This document shows, piece by piece, positions 1 through 8,734 of a stretch of DNA of 64,000 nt. The notes beneath the pieces are model-generated. The model was not told the origin of the DNA. It did no database searches and was given only the letters and a program-made list of their open reading frames with translations. A program made the position numbers and the translations under genes. Position 1 is the stretch's first letter. Every line of letters begins with the position of its first letter. Source of the stretch: Clostridiales bacterium (GTDB taxonomy: Bacteria > Bacillota > Clostridia > Saccharofermentanales > DTU023); contig JAQYCV010000033.1 of assembly GCA_028724525.1 (NCBI GenBank), forward strand, positions 36,290 to 100,289. Direction: 5' to 3'.

Positions 1-1
1 C

Positions 2-904
2 CTGGTGCAAGCTGGCGAGGCAAGCTTTGCTGCCCGATATGTTGTAAACTGTGCCGGAGTCCATGCCGACACTATTCATAATATGGTAGCCCCGCCAGCC
101 TATAAAATTGAGCCCACCCGAGGTCAATATTATGTCCTAGACCGCGCAGCAGGAGACCTGGTCCACTCTGTTATTTTCCCCTGCCCCAAGGCTTTTACCA
201 AGGGCATCCTGGTCGCCCCGACCGTTCACGGTAACATCTTAGTGGGACCGGATGCGGAGCGGATTGAGGATCCTGAAGATACCGACACCACGGCAGCTGG
301 CCTCAGCCATGTCGCCCAGGACGCTACCCGCTGTGTCCCCAGCCTGAACCTCCGGTCCAACATTCGCAATTATGCCGGAATCCGGGCCAACAGCGATTAT
401 GGAGATTTTTTCCTCAAAATAGTGGCTCCCCACTTTCTGGACATCGCTGCCATTAAGTCGCCCGGCCTTACCTGTGCACCCGTCCTGGCCCAGGAAGGGG
501 TCAAACTTCTACAGGGTGAAGGCCTTACCTGCCTTCCAAAGACCGCCTGGGACGGCAAACGTCAAGTCGTTCGCTTCAAGGAAATTCCCGAAGAAGACCG
601 GCAAGCATTTATTGCAGACCATCCTGCCTATGGGCGGGTGATCTGCCGCTGTGAAACCATTACGGAAGGAGAAATCATCGCCGCTCTCAAGCGTGGCTTG
701 CCCGTCGTCTCTCTAGACGGAGTCAAGCGCCGAACTGGAACCGGTATGGGCCGCTGCCAGGGAGGCTTCTGCGGGCCCCGTATTCTTGAAATCTTATGCC
801 GGGAAACTGGCATAAGCCCTGAAGAAATTACCCAGGACAAGGCGGGCTCTTATATTTTATGTGGGCCCACTAAGGGGGCATCCTGCGAGGAGATAAAAGC
901 ATGA
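2..904 (+). CDS. FAD-dependent oxidoreductase, GlpA/LhgO-like (5' end cut by window), with C-terminal BFD-like [2Fe-2S] domain
   Basis: The frame is open from the window edge. The C-terminal Cys pattern CRCETITEGEI...GMGRCQGGFC is typical of BFD-like 2Fe-2S domains on glycerol-3-phosphate-dehydrogenase-type flavoproteins. The stop overlaps the next start (ATGA at 901-904). Confidence 0.75.
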   Translation: MVQAGEASFAARYVVNCAGVHADTIHNMVAPPAYKIEPTRGQYYVLDRAAGDLVHSVIFPCPKAFTKGILVAPTVHGNILVGPDAERIEDPEDTDTTAAGLSHVAQDATRCVPSLNLRSNIRNYAGIRANSDYGDFFLKIVAPHFLDIAAIKSPGLTCAPVLAQEGVKLLQGEGLTCLPKTAWDGKRQVVRFKEIPEEDRQAFIADHPAYGRVICRCETITEGEIIAALKRGLPVVSLDGVKRRTGTGMGRCQGGFCGPRILEILCRETGISPEEITQDKAGSYILCGPTKGASCEEIKA

Positions 905-2265
905 CATCAGTGGATCATCAGGCAGGGGCTTATCCCACATATGACTTAATTGTTGTCGGCGGAGGTCCCGCTGGCCTTGCCGCTTCCCTGGGCGCTTATC
1001 AAGCAGGCTTGCAGAAAATTCTTATCGTTGAGCGTGATCTCTACCTGGGCGGCATTCTCAATCAATGCATTCACAACGGCTTCGGCCTCCACTATTTTGG
1101 CGAGGAACTGACCGGGCCAGAATATGCCAGCCGATTTATTGACCAAGTGTCAGACACTCCTATTGAGACAGCCCTAGACACCATGGTTCTCAGTATCGAA
1201 AACACCGAGGAATGGCGCTACATCCACATGATGTCCAAGAATCGAGGCTATCAAGTGGTCCGCGCCAAGGCCCTGGTCCTGGCTATGGGTTGCCGGGAGC
1301 GGACCCGGATGCAAATCCAGATACCCGGCTCTCGGGCCGCCGGCATTATTAACGCCGGTCAGGCCCAGCAATTTGTCAATCTGGAAGGCCACATGGTCGG
1401 GAAGCGGGTCATTATTCTGGGTTCTGGCGATATCGGCCTGATCATGGCCCGTCGTCTCAGCCTGGAAGGAGCCGAAGTAGTGGCCTGCGTAGAGCTCATG
1501 CCCTACTCGGGCGGCCTCATGCGGAATATCGTCCAATGTCTAGAAGACTATAATATTCCCCTCTACCTCTCCCACACCATCACCGACATCCGGGGGAGGT
1601 ACCGGGTTGAAGGCGTTACTGTCCAAGCCGTCGATGAGCATTTCAAGCCTATTCCAGGCACAGAAGTCGATTATGCGGTAGATACCGTCCTTCTCTCTGT
1701 AGGCTTAATTCCCGAGAATGAGCTGAGCCGGGCCGCCGGCGTCCAACTGGACCCTCGCACTTCTGGCCCCTGCGTTTATGAAAACGGCGAGACCTCCCAG
1801 CCCGGCATATTTGCCTGTGGCAACGTCTTACACGTCCATGACCTAGTCGACTACGTAACAGAAGAAGCCTTGGCCGCAGGTCAAGCTGCCGCAACCTTTG
1901 TAAAGCAAGAGATAAGAGGCTCCGAGACTCCTAAGGAGCAAAATCGGATTGAGCCAGACCAGCAGCTTACGCCAAGCCTCATCGCGCTCAAAACAGATGA
2001 CCATATTGCCTACACCGTCCCCCAGCACATCCGCCTAGATAAGCTGGTTGAGATGGATAAAAATGTCCGCATTTTCTTCCGGGTCCGGCAAATTTACCCC
2101 CAGCCCATGCGGCTCATCTTCCGTGACAGCCAGGGCAAGCAGATTGCCTCCTTTAAACGCCCCTATATGGCACCCGGCGAAATGGAAAACGTCAGCCTGC
2201 CCACGGCCTTGCTCAAGCAAATGTCCGGCCAGGAATTAAAACTCTCAGTGGAGGACATGGCATGA
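901..2265 (+). CDS. NAD(P)/FAD-dependent pyridine-nucleotide-disulfide-family oxidoreductase
   Basis: 454 aa with two dinucleotide-binding folds (VVGGGPAGLAAS and ILGSGDIGL). Translationally coupled to both neighbours. Confidence 0.8.
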   Translation: MTSVDHQAGAYPTYDLIVVGGGPAGLAASLGAYQAGLQKILIVERDLYLGGILNQCIHNGFGLHYFGEELTGPEYASRFIDQVSDTPIETALDTMVLSIENTEEWRYIHMMSKNRGYQVVRAKALVLAMGCRERTRMQIQIPGSRAAGIINAGQAQQFVNLEGHMVGKRVIILGSGDIGLIMARRLSLEGAEVVACVELMPYSGGLMRNIVQCLEDYNIPLYLSHTITDIRGRYRVEGVTVQAVDEHFKPIPGTEVDYAVDTVLLSVGLIPENELSRAAGVQLDPRTSGPCVYENGETSQPGIFACGNVLHVHDLVDYVTEEALAAGQAAATFVKQEIRGSETPKEQNRIEPDQQLTPSLIALKTDDHIAYTVPQHIRLDKLVEMDKNVRIFFRVRQIYPQPMRLIFRDSQGKQIASFKRPYMAPGEMENVSLPTALLKQMSGQELKLSVEDMA

Positions 2266-2612
2266 AAAAAGAAATGATTTGTATTGTCTGCCCCCGCGGC
2301 TGCCACCTGCAAGTCGATGAAGAAAGCCTACAGGTTACAGGCAATAGTTGTGAGAAGGGTGCGGTCTACGGCCGCAACGAACTCACCCACCCCACCCGGG
2401 TCGTCTGCTCAACCGTCAAACTAATCAGCGACCAACTCTGCCGCTGCCCTGTCAAAACAGACCAGGCCGTCGCCAAGGACAAAATTATGGACGTCATGCA
2501 CGCCATCAACCAAATCCAGGTCCAAGCCCCTGTCAAAATCGGCCAAGTCCTCTGCAACAACATCGCCGGCACCGGCGCCAAACTTGTGGCAACCAGAAAT
2601 ATTGAACATTAA
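2262..2612 (+). CDS. DUF1667 domain protein (third subunit of the flavoprotein cluster)
   Basis: 116 aa with N-terminal CIVCPRGCHL...C..G. It sits in the usual gene order after the two flavoproteins, and its start overlaps the upstream stop. Confidence 0.75.
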   Translation: MKKEMICIVCPRGCHLQVDEESLQVTGNSCEKGAVYGRNELTHPTRVVCSTVKLISDQLCRCPVKTDQAVAKDKIMDVMHAINQIQVQAPVKIGQVLCNNIAGTGAKLVATRNIEH

Positions 2613-2698
2613 TTAATCCGCTTGAATCCAGCAGTTAGTTCTGATACGATAATGGCAGATAACTTGGCTTAGGGTTACGGCCCTAGGGCATCAAAGAG

Positions 2699-2728
2699 AC
2701 TCCGCCACGGAAGTGACGGAGTTTTTTT
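2699..2728 (+). terminator. Rho-independent terminator of the flavoprotein operon
   Basis: ACTCCGCCAC-GGAA-GTGACGGAGT hairpin (one mismatch) followed by TTTTTTT. Confidence 0.7.
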
Positions 2729-2732
2729 GATT

Positions 2733-3767
2733 ATGGAAGATTTTAAGCCAGACAAGCCCTACATTTCAGAAGATGTCATGTTAAATCGTTTAGCAGATCG
2801 TGGATTGGAGATAGAAGATATTGACCGGGCCAAAGCAATTCTCTCTTCCTTTTCATATTATGATCTCATTAATGGCTACAAAAGCATTTTTGCTGAAGAT
2901 GAAAAATTTGTGGATGGTATCTCCATTGATTTTCTATATAAGTTTAGGATGTTTGATCTAAACATGCAAAACATGCTATTCAAATATTCTGTAATGTCTG
3001 AGAATCGTTTTAAAAACATCATGGCTCAAAATTTAGCTAAATATTTAGGAGTCCATCAAAACCAATATCTAAATCCATTTTATTTCTCGTATAGTAAAAA
3101 CGAGGTCGAAAAATTCAATAAAACAATTGAAGATGTGAAAAGTGTATATACAAAGAGCAAACGACACTTCGTTATTGATCAGCCAACAAGACACTATGTA
3201 AACAATCATAACCATGTCCCACCATGGATTTTACTGAAGAATACTACATTCAGCACCTCAATTGACCTGTATAACTTCCTCAGTCGTCCTATAAAAGACG
3301 AGATCACAAAGAATCTTCTAAATTTAGAAGATAGTATAGACAACCCATTTGGGATAGCACTCAAGTCTCTTTACACAATACGTAGATTTAGAAATGTGAT
3401 TGCACATAATCTCAAATTTATAACATTCAATCTGCGTACACCACAAGCCATTGCAAAAGAGGAGTTACGGCCAATTTTTGAAGGGTCTTTGATTGACCCT
3501 TCGGATACAAAGAGCATTGGATCTGGTGACCCATACTCTATGGCCTTGGCTTTAGTGCTGATTTTGCACGAAGGTTTCCTCGTAGAGCAGTTATTTACTG
3601 ATATAAAAAATCTTTATCAAGCTAATATGCGGCTCAATGAAGGAATCGTTCGTAAGTATGAAGAAGTCTCTCACATACCACAAGATATTGTATCTAGAGG
3701 TCATAAGTATATGAGCAAGAACAACCTATTGGAAAAGAAACAGACAGAATTCATCGAATTTCTATAA
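2733..3767 (+). CDS. Abi_2 (AbiD/AbiF-like) abortive-infection family protein
   Basis: AT-rich ORF. N-terminal ...FSYYDLINGYK... and central ...RRFRNVIAHN... motifs resemble the Abi_2 family as I recall it. The ATG at 2733 is preferred over the track's TTG at 2727. Confidence 0.65.
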   Translation: MEDFKPDKPYISEDVMLNRLADRGLEIEDIDRAKAILSSFSYYDLINGYKSIFAEDEKFVDGISIDFLYKFRMFDLNMQNMLFKYSVMSENRFKNIMAQNLAKYLGVHQNQYLNPFYFSYSKNEVEKFNKTIEDVKSVYTKSKRHFVIDQPTRHYVNNHNHVPPWILLKNTTFSTSIDLYNFLSRPIKDEITKNLLNLEDSIDNPFGIALKSLYTIRRFRNVIAHNLKFITFNLRTPQAIAKEELRPIFEGSLIDPSDTKSIGSGDPYSMALALVLILHEGFLVEQLFTDIKNLYQANMRLNEGIVRKYEEVSHIPQDIVSRGHKYMSKNNLLEKKQTEFIEFL

Positions 3768-3836
3768 AACACCCATCTCCGCACCTAGTGAGCTCAGGGA
3801 AGGCTCCGGCTGGGCAACATTTCTAGAATGATGAAA

Positions 3837-3875
3837 ACCCCTGCAATCATTTGATTACAGGGGTTTCACATTTTT
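3837..3875. terminator. Bidirectional hairpin terminator between the Abi gene and tRNA-Ser
   Basis: ACCCCTGCAATC / GATTACAGGGGT stem of about 12 bp (one mismatch). T-runs follow it on both strands. Confidence 0.6.
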
Positions 3876-3886
3876 GCAAAATGTGC

Positions 3887-3978
3887 TGGCGGAGAGCAAG
3901 AGATTCGAACTCTCGAAACGCTATTAACGTTTACACGATTTCCAATCGTGCGCCTTCAGCCAACTCGGCCAACTCTCC
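3887..3978 (-). tRNA. tRNA-Ser (anticodon GGA)
   Basis: The reverse complement reads GGAGAGTTGGCCGAGTTGG...CACGATTGGAAATCGTG...long variable arm...GAGAGTTCGAATCTCTTGCTCTCCGCCA. It has a cloverleaf with a GGA anticodon loop, a TPsiC GTTCGAATC and an encoded CCA. Confidence 0.9.
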
Positions 3979-4084
3979 ATAAAGCTTAACTTGTGCCTCA
4001 TCATGAGACACCAGGAGATTTCTCCTGCAAAGCCTGTCTATTATATAAAAGCTTTCTCCTAACTGTCAAATCCTGACCTTTCAA

Positions 4085-4900
4085 CTATCCTTGCAAGCCT
4101 GCTAGATAATGCTTGATGACTTGATTGACATACTTGAGATTGAGGGGTTTATTTGACATTTCAAACGTAGCAATCAAGCCGCATCCTAGAAAGATGCCCC
4201 TTTGCCCATACTCGTCCAGCTTCTCATAAGCCTTGCGCGCATAGGCCGGATCACCCATCATGCCAAAGTGCTCCCAATAAAGTTCTCTATCATTGTGATA
4301 ATCATAAAAAGTAAAGTCTGGATAAAGGGTCGTCCGATTACGGGTGTTTAAGGGGCACTCATATTTGTAAGGGATACCGAGGGCAAAAAATCTGTCTGCT
4401 AGAATCTTCTCGCTCTTAGACCGCACAAATTCTCCTTGATTGGTCTGAAAGTAAGCTTCCTGAGACTTAAAGGCAAGTCCCTCATACGGTTCATTTTTCC
4501 ATGCTTTCAGTTTCTGGTATTTAGTGGGCTCTATAGGTTGAACCAGGGCCTGACGGCCTGGGTGTAGTTTTGTAAAAAGAAGTTCTAATTCATCATCTTC
4601 AAAGTGATTCACAAGTGCTCGGATCTGCGGAATACGGAGCTTAAGGAGCCTGCAGACTTTATCTTGATATGCCTGCTGAGCCAGCGCTGAAATGATGGGT
4701 CTTTTATCCTGAGAGGCGTATTTCCTCACGGCCATGCCCGTTATAGGATCCTTGCGGACATAAACATAGCTATACCCAGTACGAGCTTTGGATAATACCT
4801 CTACCCTCCCCTCTATAGGTCTGTTTTCCAGCTTATCTTGCTCAAGCTTTTCGAGGGTTTTGCTGTACTTAACCAGCAGTGCTTCTAACTCTTGCTTCAT
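4085..4900 (-). CDS. Hypothetical protein with a C-terminal PD-(D/E)xK / TnsA-N-like nuclease motif pattern
   Basis: 271 aa. The C-terminal ...FVRSKSEKILADRF...GIPYKYE...LYPDFTF...LYWEHFG... resembles the E...D...E core of restriction-endonuclease-fold proteins. I do not recognise the N-terminal half. Confidence 0.35.
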   Translation of the reverse strand: MKQELEALLVKYSKTLEKLEQDKLENRPIEGRVEVLSKARTGYSYVYVRKDPITGMAVRKYASQDKRPIISALAQQAYQDKVCRLLKLRIPQIRALVNHFEDDELELLFTKLHPGRQALVQPIEPTKYQKLKAWKNEPYEGLAFKSQEAYFQTNQGEFVRSKSEKILADRFFALGIPYKYECPLNTRNRTTLYPDFTFYDYHNDRELYWEHFGMMGDPAYARKAYEKLDEYGQRGIFLGCGLIATFEMSNKPLNLKYVNQVIKHYLAGLQG

Positions 4901-5131
4901 ATAATTTTCACCCCTTCTGTCTGTTCATCCTTTTTCTCCAAGAGAAATGAGGCTGGCTATGCCAAGTCGCTTTTAAAACATCTCAAATTAAACAAACTAG
5001 GGAATACACACGCACAGGCTCGGTTGCAATAAAGGTCGCTTCGAGCTGTTTTTGAACGCGCGTAAGACAAACTTATCTGCGATGTGTAGGGATATTGTAA
5101 CAAGGCCATTCTAAATTGCCAACTTTATCTT

Positions 5132-5555
5132 GTGATTCCTATACTTCCGGCATTTCACAGGTATTGGCTGGGTAGTATTTGAGGGAAATTTCTGGTGAAA
5201 CTTATCCATTTAACTTTTCACAAGTACTAGACCTTCAAGTAAGCCTGTGAAAAACACTATTTCTATTTTTCACAAGCCTTTGATGGGCATTTTCGCGGCG
5301 AAATTTCTGGTGAAATTTACTTATCTAATTTTTCACAAGTAATAGGACTTCAGGAAGGCCTGTGAAATACGTCATTTTTACTTTTCACAAGCATCCGTTA
5401 GGCATTCTAACGGAGAAATATATGGTGAAAATTACTTTACATATTTTTCACAAGAAAAACGATAAAAACTTGATTTAAAAATGGCTTGTGAAATTTTAAA
5501 TTTGGCCATTTCACAAGAAACTGAACTAATCTATGAAACTAGATCGCCTGTGACA
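5132..5555. repeat. Array of seven 27-bp palindromes GTGAAA-N15-TTTCAC, embedded in three 115-bp tandem units
   Basis: GTGAAA starts at 5195, 5247, 5310, 5362, 5425 and 5488, each followed exactly 15 nt later by TTTCAC. A degenerate copy (GTGATT-N15-TTTCAC) lies at 5132 and a half-site (GTGACA) at 5550. Tandem units start at about 5185, 5300 and 5415. Confidence 0.9.
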
Positions 5556-5569
5556 CCCTAGCCTGTCCC

Positions 5570-6382
5570 CTAAGCTTTAAAGTAGTTGTTTTCAGCGAGT
5601 TTTTGGTAGAGCTGGCGCTTGAGCTCGCTTTGGCTGAAGAGCCAGTCGCGGGATCGCTGGTCGGGCGGGGTGGGGATGGAATAGGAGGAGACAAAATGGG
5701 CGGGTCTCCCCTCCAGGACTAGAATGCGGTCGGCAAGGAGAATGGCTTCTTCCAGGTCATGGGTGACCATGATGATGCTGCGCTGGAGTTCTTGACGAAG
5801 GCCGAGTAGCCATTCCTGCATGCGGTTTCTGGTAATGACATCCAAGGCGGCAAAGGGCTCATCTAAGAGGAAGACCTGGGCTGGACAGAGGAGGGTGCGA
5901 AGGAAGGCGGCGCGTTGGCGCATGCCGCCGGACAGGGTATCGACCAGGGCAAATTCGTAGCCATCGAGGCCGAAGCGCTGGAGGAGCTTGAGGATTTCCT
6001 CCTTGCTATGGCCTTTTTGTCCAGGATGGAGCTGGTCATAGAGTCGGACATTGTCATAGACCGTCATCCAGGGAAATAGGAGGTCGGACTGGGGCATATA
6101 GGCAAAAGCCGATTTATGCCGGCTGTAGTCTTCTCCTTCGAAGCGGACATGACCGGCTTCCAATGGCAAGATAGAAGCCAAGATCTTTAGCAGGGTAGAT
6201 TTGCCTACACCGGATGGGCCAATAATCGCTACAAATTCCTGGGCAGCCAGGTCGAAGGAGAGATCCTTGAGAATGACCTCTCCATCGTAGGCGATGGAGA
6301 GGTCTCTCACTTCGACCTGGGCCAGATGCTTGGCCGGGGTCAAATTTTGAGCTGATGATTTTGAAGCAAGTGCATTTGACAT
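5570..6382 (-). CDS. thiZ: ABC transporter ATP-binding protein (NitT/TauT family; ThiZ-like)
   Basis: Walker A GPSGVGKST, signature LSGGMRQR, Walker B FLLDEP. Last gene of a TPP-riboswitch-controlled operon. Confidence 0.8.
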   Translation of the reverse strand: MSNALASKSSAQNLTPAKHLAQVEVRDLSIAYDGEVILKDLSFDLAAQEFVAIIGPSGVGKSTLLKILASILPLEAGHVRFEGEDYSRHKSAFAYMPQSDLLFPWMTVYDNVRLYDQLHPGQKGHSKEEILKLLQRFGLDGYEFALVDTLSGGMRQRAAFLRTLLCPAQVFLLDEPFAALDVITRNRMQEWLLGLRQELQRSIIMVTHDLEEAILLADRILVLEGRPAHFVSSYSIPTPPDQRSRDWLFSQSELKRQLYQKLAENNYFKA

Positions 6383-6520
6383 GATAGAAGCTTTCTGAGC
6401 CAGGGACCCTAGAAGGAAAAAAACCTGTGCTTGATGGTGGTGGCCTAAAGGGCAGACAAATGTTTGCTGGCCCCTGCCCTGAGGCTGAAGAGCCTGCAGG
6501 GGCCAGAGTTTAGCAATTAA

Positions 6521-7621
6521 TTATTTTTCAGGAATAAAGGCATTGGTAAAGTAGTCTTCAGGGGAAAGGACCTTCGAGATCAAGCCATTTTCTTCCATGA
6601 AATCGGCATAACCGGTCCAAACCTCATCTTTCATGAGGCCCCAGCGGTCGGCTCCCTTACCATATTCGCCGGCCAGGAAGCTTTGTGATTGTGTCAAGAG
6701 TTCCAGATCGAGCTCGGGAGAATATTTCAGAAGGATCTGCACCATTTCTTCCACATTTTCCGGGTCCGAAGCAAAAGCATAGCCCTTGCCCGTAGCCCGC
6801 ATAAAGGCCTTAACAAGGTCAGGATCTTGGTCAATTAAGTCATTGCGGGTCACCAGTATAGGGGTGTAGTAGTTGAGGCGTTCGTCAATGTCTCGGCAGG
6901 GTATGTAATTGAGGTCTAAGCCTTCCATTTTGGCCGCGATCATATCCCAACCTTCAAAGAACCACATGAGGTCAATGTCCCCTTCCAGACTGGCGTAGGA
7001 GGTATCCATAGCCGTGACGAAGGTCACAGAGTCCGGGTCCTCACCCGCTTGTTTAACGGCGGCCTGTATAATGGCTTTTTCTGCAGCAGAGCCCCAGCCC
7101 GCATAGGTCTTGCCTGCGAAATCGGCTGGCTTAGTGATGTTCTTTTCCTTATGGGAGGCAAAACCAGAGGTATTATTTTGAATAATTGTAGCGATGGCCT
7201 TAAGGGGCAGGGGCTCGTCCTGGGTGAGAGCGTAGGTGAGGTCTTCCTGATAGCTGGTCGCAAAGTCTGCCTTACCCGTCGCTAAAATCTGCAGGCTAAC
7301 ACCTTCTTGAGGCTCAACGATCTGGACATCTAAGCCCTCATCCGCGTAGTAGCCCTTGTCCAAGGCGGCAAATAAACCAGAGTGGTTGGTATTAATGACA
7401 TAGTCCAAGATGACTGTAACGGGACGGAGGTCTGCTGGTTTATCAGCATCTGTTTTCTGGCTATCCACTGGGGCAGCAGTTTCAGCAGCAGCTTTAGTCG
7501 CAGATTCTGAGGGGACTTGAGTGACTTCTGTTTTGGGCTGAGGCTCTTGGGCGCAGGCAGCGCCGAGGCCTAGGCAGAAGACTAAAAAGAGGGCGAAGAG
7601 GGATTTAAGAGATCTTTTCAT
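6521..7621 (-). CDS. thiY: NMT1/THI5-like substrate-binding lipoprotein (ThiY-like, thiamine-precursor uptake)
   Basis: Signal peptide with lipobox LGAAC. The size and operon context fit a ThiY-type NMT1/THI5-like binding protein, and it lies in the TPP-riboswitch operon. Confidence 0.7.
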   Translation of the reverse strand: MKRSLKSLFALFLVFCLGLGAACAQEPQPKTEVTQVPSESATKAAAETAAPVDSQKTDADKPADLRPVTVILDYVINTNHSGLFAALDKGYYADEGLDVQIVEPQEGVSLQILATGKADFATSYQEDLTYALTQDEPLPLKAIATIIQNNTSGFASHKEKNITKPADFAGKTYAGWGSAAEKAIIQAAVKQAGEDPDSVTFVTAMDTSYASLEGDIDLMWFFEGWDMIAAKMEGLDLNYIPCRDIDERLNYYTPILVTRNDLIDQDPDLVKAFMRATGKGYAFASDPENVEEMVQILLKYSPELDLELLTQSQSFLAGEYGKGADRWGLMKDEVWTGYADFMEENGLISKVLSPEDYFTNAFIPEK

Positions 7622-7694
7622 AAGAGTTCCTTTCTGGAGAAGAGACTGGAAGTCGGGCTTCTCGTGTTGTTTTCAGATTTATCTTGTCTCTAGT

Positions 7695-8510
7695 TTAGGG
7701 TTTAGGGGAGCTATTCAAGCCCAAGGCCTTAGCTTCTCGCCTATGACGAGATCGGGCAATATAGCCCAAACCGGGTTCCCACAGGAGGCGCATCAAGGCA
7801 ACCAAGCCATTCATGACTAGGGACCAAAAGATGATCAGGAAAAGGCAGGCAAAGACTTTATCCAGTTGATAGGTATTGGAGACCCGGATCATGTAATAGC
7901 CGAGCCCCGCTTGGGAGGAGAGCCATTCCCCAATTACAGCCGCTGAAATGGAATAAGTGGCGGCCACCCGCAGGCCGGAAAAGAGGTATGGAATGGCCGC
8001 AGGAATTTTAGCAACCCGATAGATTTGTAGCTGAGAGGCCCCGAAGCTATGGAGGAGGTCTAGGCTATCCTGACTGAGCTTTTGCAGACCCTCGGCAAAG
8101 TTTACCGTGATGGGATAAAAGCACATGAGGACGACCACTACAATTTTGGGCGCCATGCCGAAGCCCAGCCATATCATGAGCAGAGGGGCCAGGACCAAGC
8201 TGGGAATGCATTGGCTGATCACCAGAAGGGAGTGGAGGGTCTGGCGGAGGGTTTGGTTAAGGTCCATGAAGAGGGCTAGGAAAATAGCTAAGGCCACTGA
8301 AATAAGAATCCCAATAAAACTCTCTAAGAGGGTTACCCAGGAGTGTTCCAGGAGAGGGCCCAGATTTTGTCCCAGAGTTAAGAAAATTTTACTGGGCTTG
8401 GGTAAAACATAGGAAGGTACCTGACTCCAGGTGCAGGCAAGTTCCCAGAGGAGGAAAAGTCCCAATAGAATCAAGACCATGATGTGATTGCGTTCTAAAA
8501 ATTTCTTCAT
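7695..8510 (-). CDS. thiX: ABC transporter permease (ThiX-like)
   Basis: Polytopic BPD-type permease. The ATG at 8510 is preceded by AAGGAG, so it is preferred over the longer track ORF ending at 8534. Confidence 0.75.
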   Translation of the reverse strand: MKKFLERNHIMVLILLGLFLLWELACTWSQVPSYVLPKPSKIFLTLGQNLGPLLEHSWVTLLESFIGILISVALAIFLALFMDLNQTLRQTLHSLLVISQCIPSLVLAPLLMIWLGFGMAPKIVVVVLMCFYPITVNFAEGLQKLSQDSLDLLHSFGASQLQIYRVAKIPAAIPYLFSGLRVAATYSISAAVIGEWLSSQAGLGYYMIRVSNTYQLDKVFACLFLIIFWSLVMNGLVALMRLLWEPGLGYIARSRHRREAKALGLNSSPKP

Positions 8511-8545
8511 CTCACTCCTTTGCTTGCCTATCAATATTGGGCCAC

Positions 8546-8575
8546 AAAAAACCGCCTAGCCCAAGGATAAGCGGT
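8546..8575 (-). terminator. Riboswitch expression-platform terminator
   Basis: Minus strand reads CCGCTTA-TCCTTGGGC-TAGGCGG followed by TTTTTT, between the THI-box aptamer and the thiX start. Confidence 0.6.
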
Positions 8576-8584
8576 CATAGGTAA

Positions 8585-8676
8585 AGTATGATCCCTACGT
8601 CGGCATTATCCGCATCAGGTTTGAGGGTCGGAAACGTAATGTCTCCCTCTCAGGCCCTAGGCCTCCCCTTGTTTAA
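8585..8676 (-). ncRNA. TPP (THI-box) riboswitch
   Basis: Minus strand reads GGGGAGGCCTAGGGCCTGAGAGGGAGAC...GACCCTCAAACCTGATGCGGATAATGCCGACGTAGGGA. This matches the conserved CUGAGA ... ACCUGAU..GGAUAAUGCC..CG.AGGGA core. Confidence 0.85.
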
Positions 8677-8734
8677 CTGTCCAAAATCTTAGCTTGGCTA
8701 CTTTATGATGTCAAGCCAGCCCTGGCCGCTCAAA

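Noticed and set aside
2696-2708. 8-nt match (TGGCGGAG, inverted) to the tRNA-Ser 3' end, considered as a possible att remnant
   Set aside because: It is on the opposite strand relative to the tRNA, so it is not a direct repeat. It also forms part of the operon terminator stem and is short enough to be chance.
5132-5555. Could the palindrome array be a CRISPR array, a parS site, CRP-type sites or an oriC-like DnaA-box cluster?
   Set aside because: It is not CRISPR, because the repeats are 6-10-bp half-sites, the intervening DNA is itself repeated, and there are no cas genes. It is not a canonical parS, because the TTTCAC and GTGAAA halves are in the opposite order and 15 nt apart rather than abutting. 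The TGTGA/TCACA spacing is 21 nt rather than 6, so it is not CRP-like. Several TTTTTCACA matches fit a relaxed DnaA box (TTWTNCACA), but there is no dnaA/dnaN context and the strict palindromic pairing argues for a different binder. I keep the DnaA idea only as a weak alternative.
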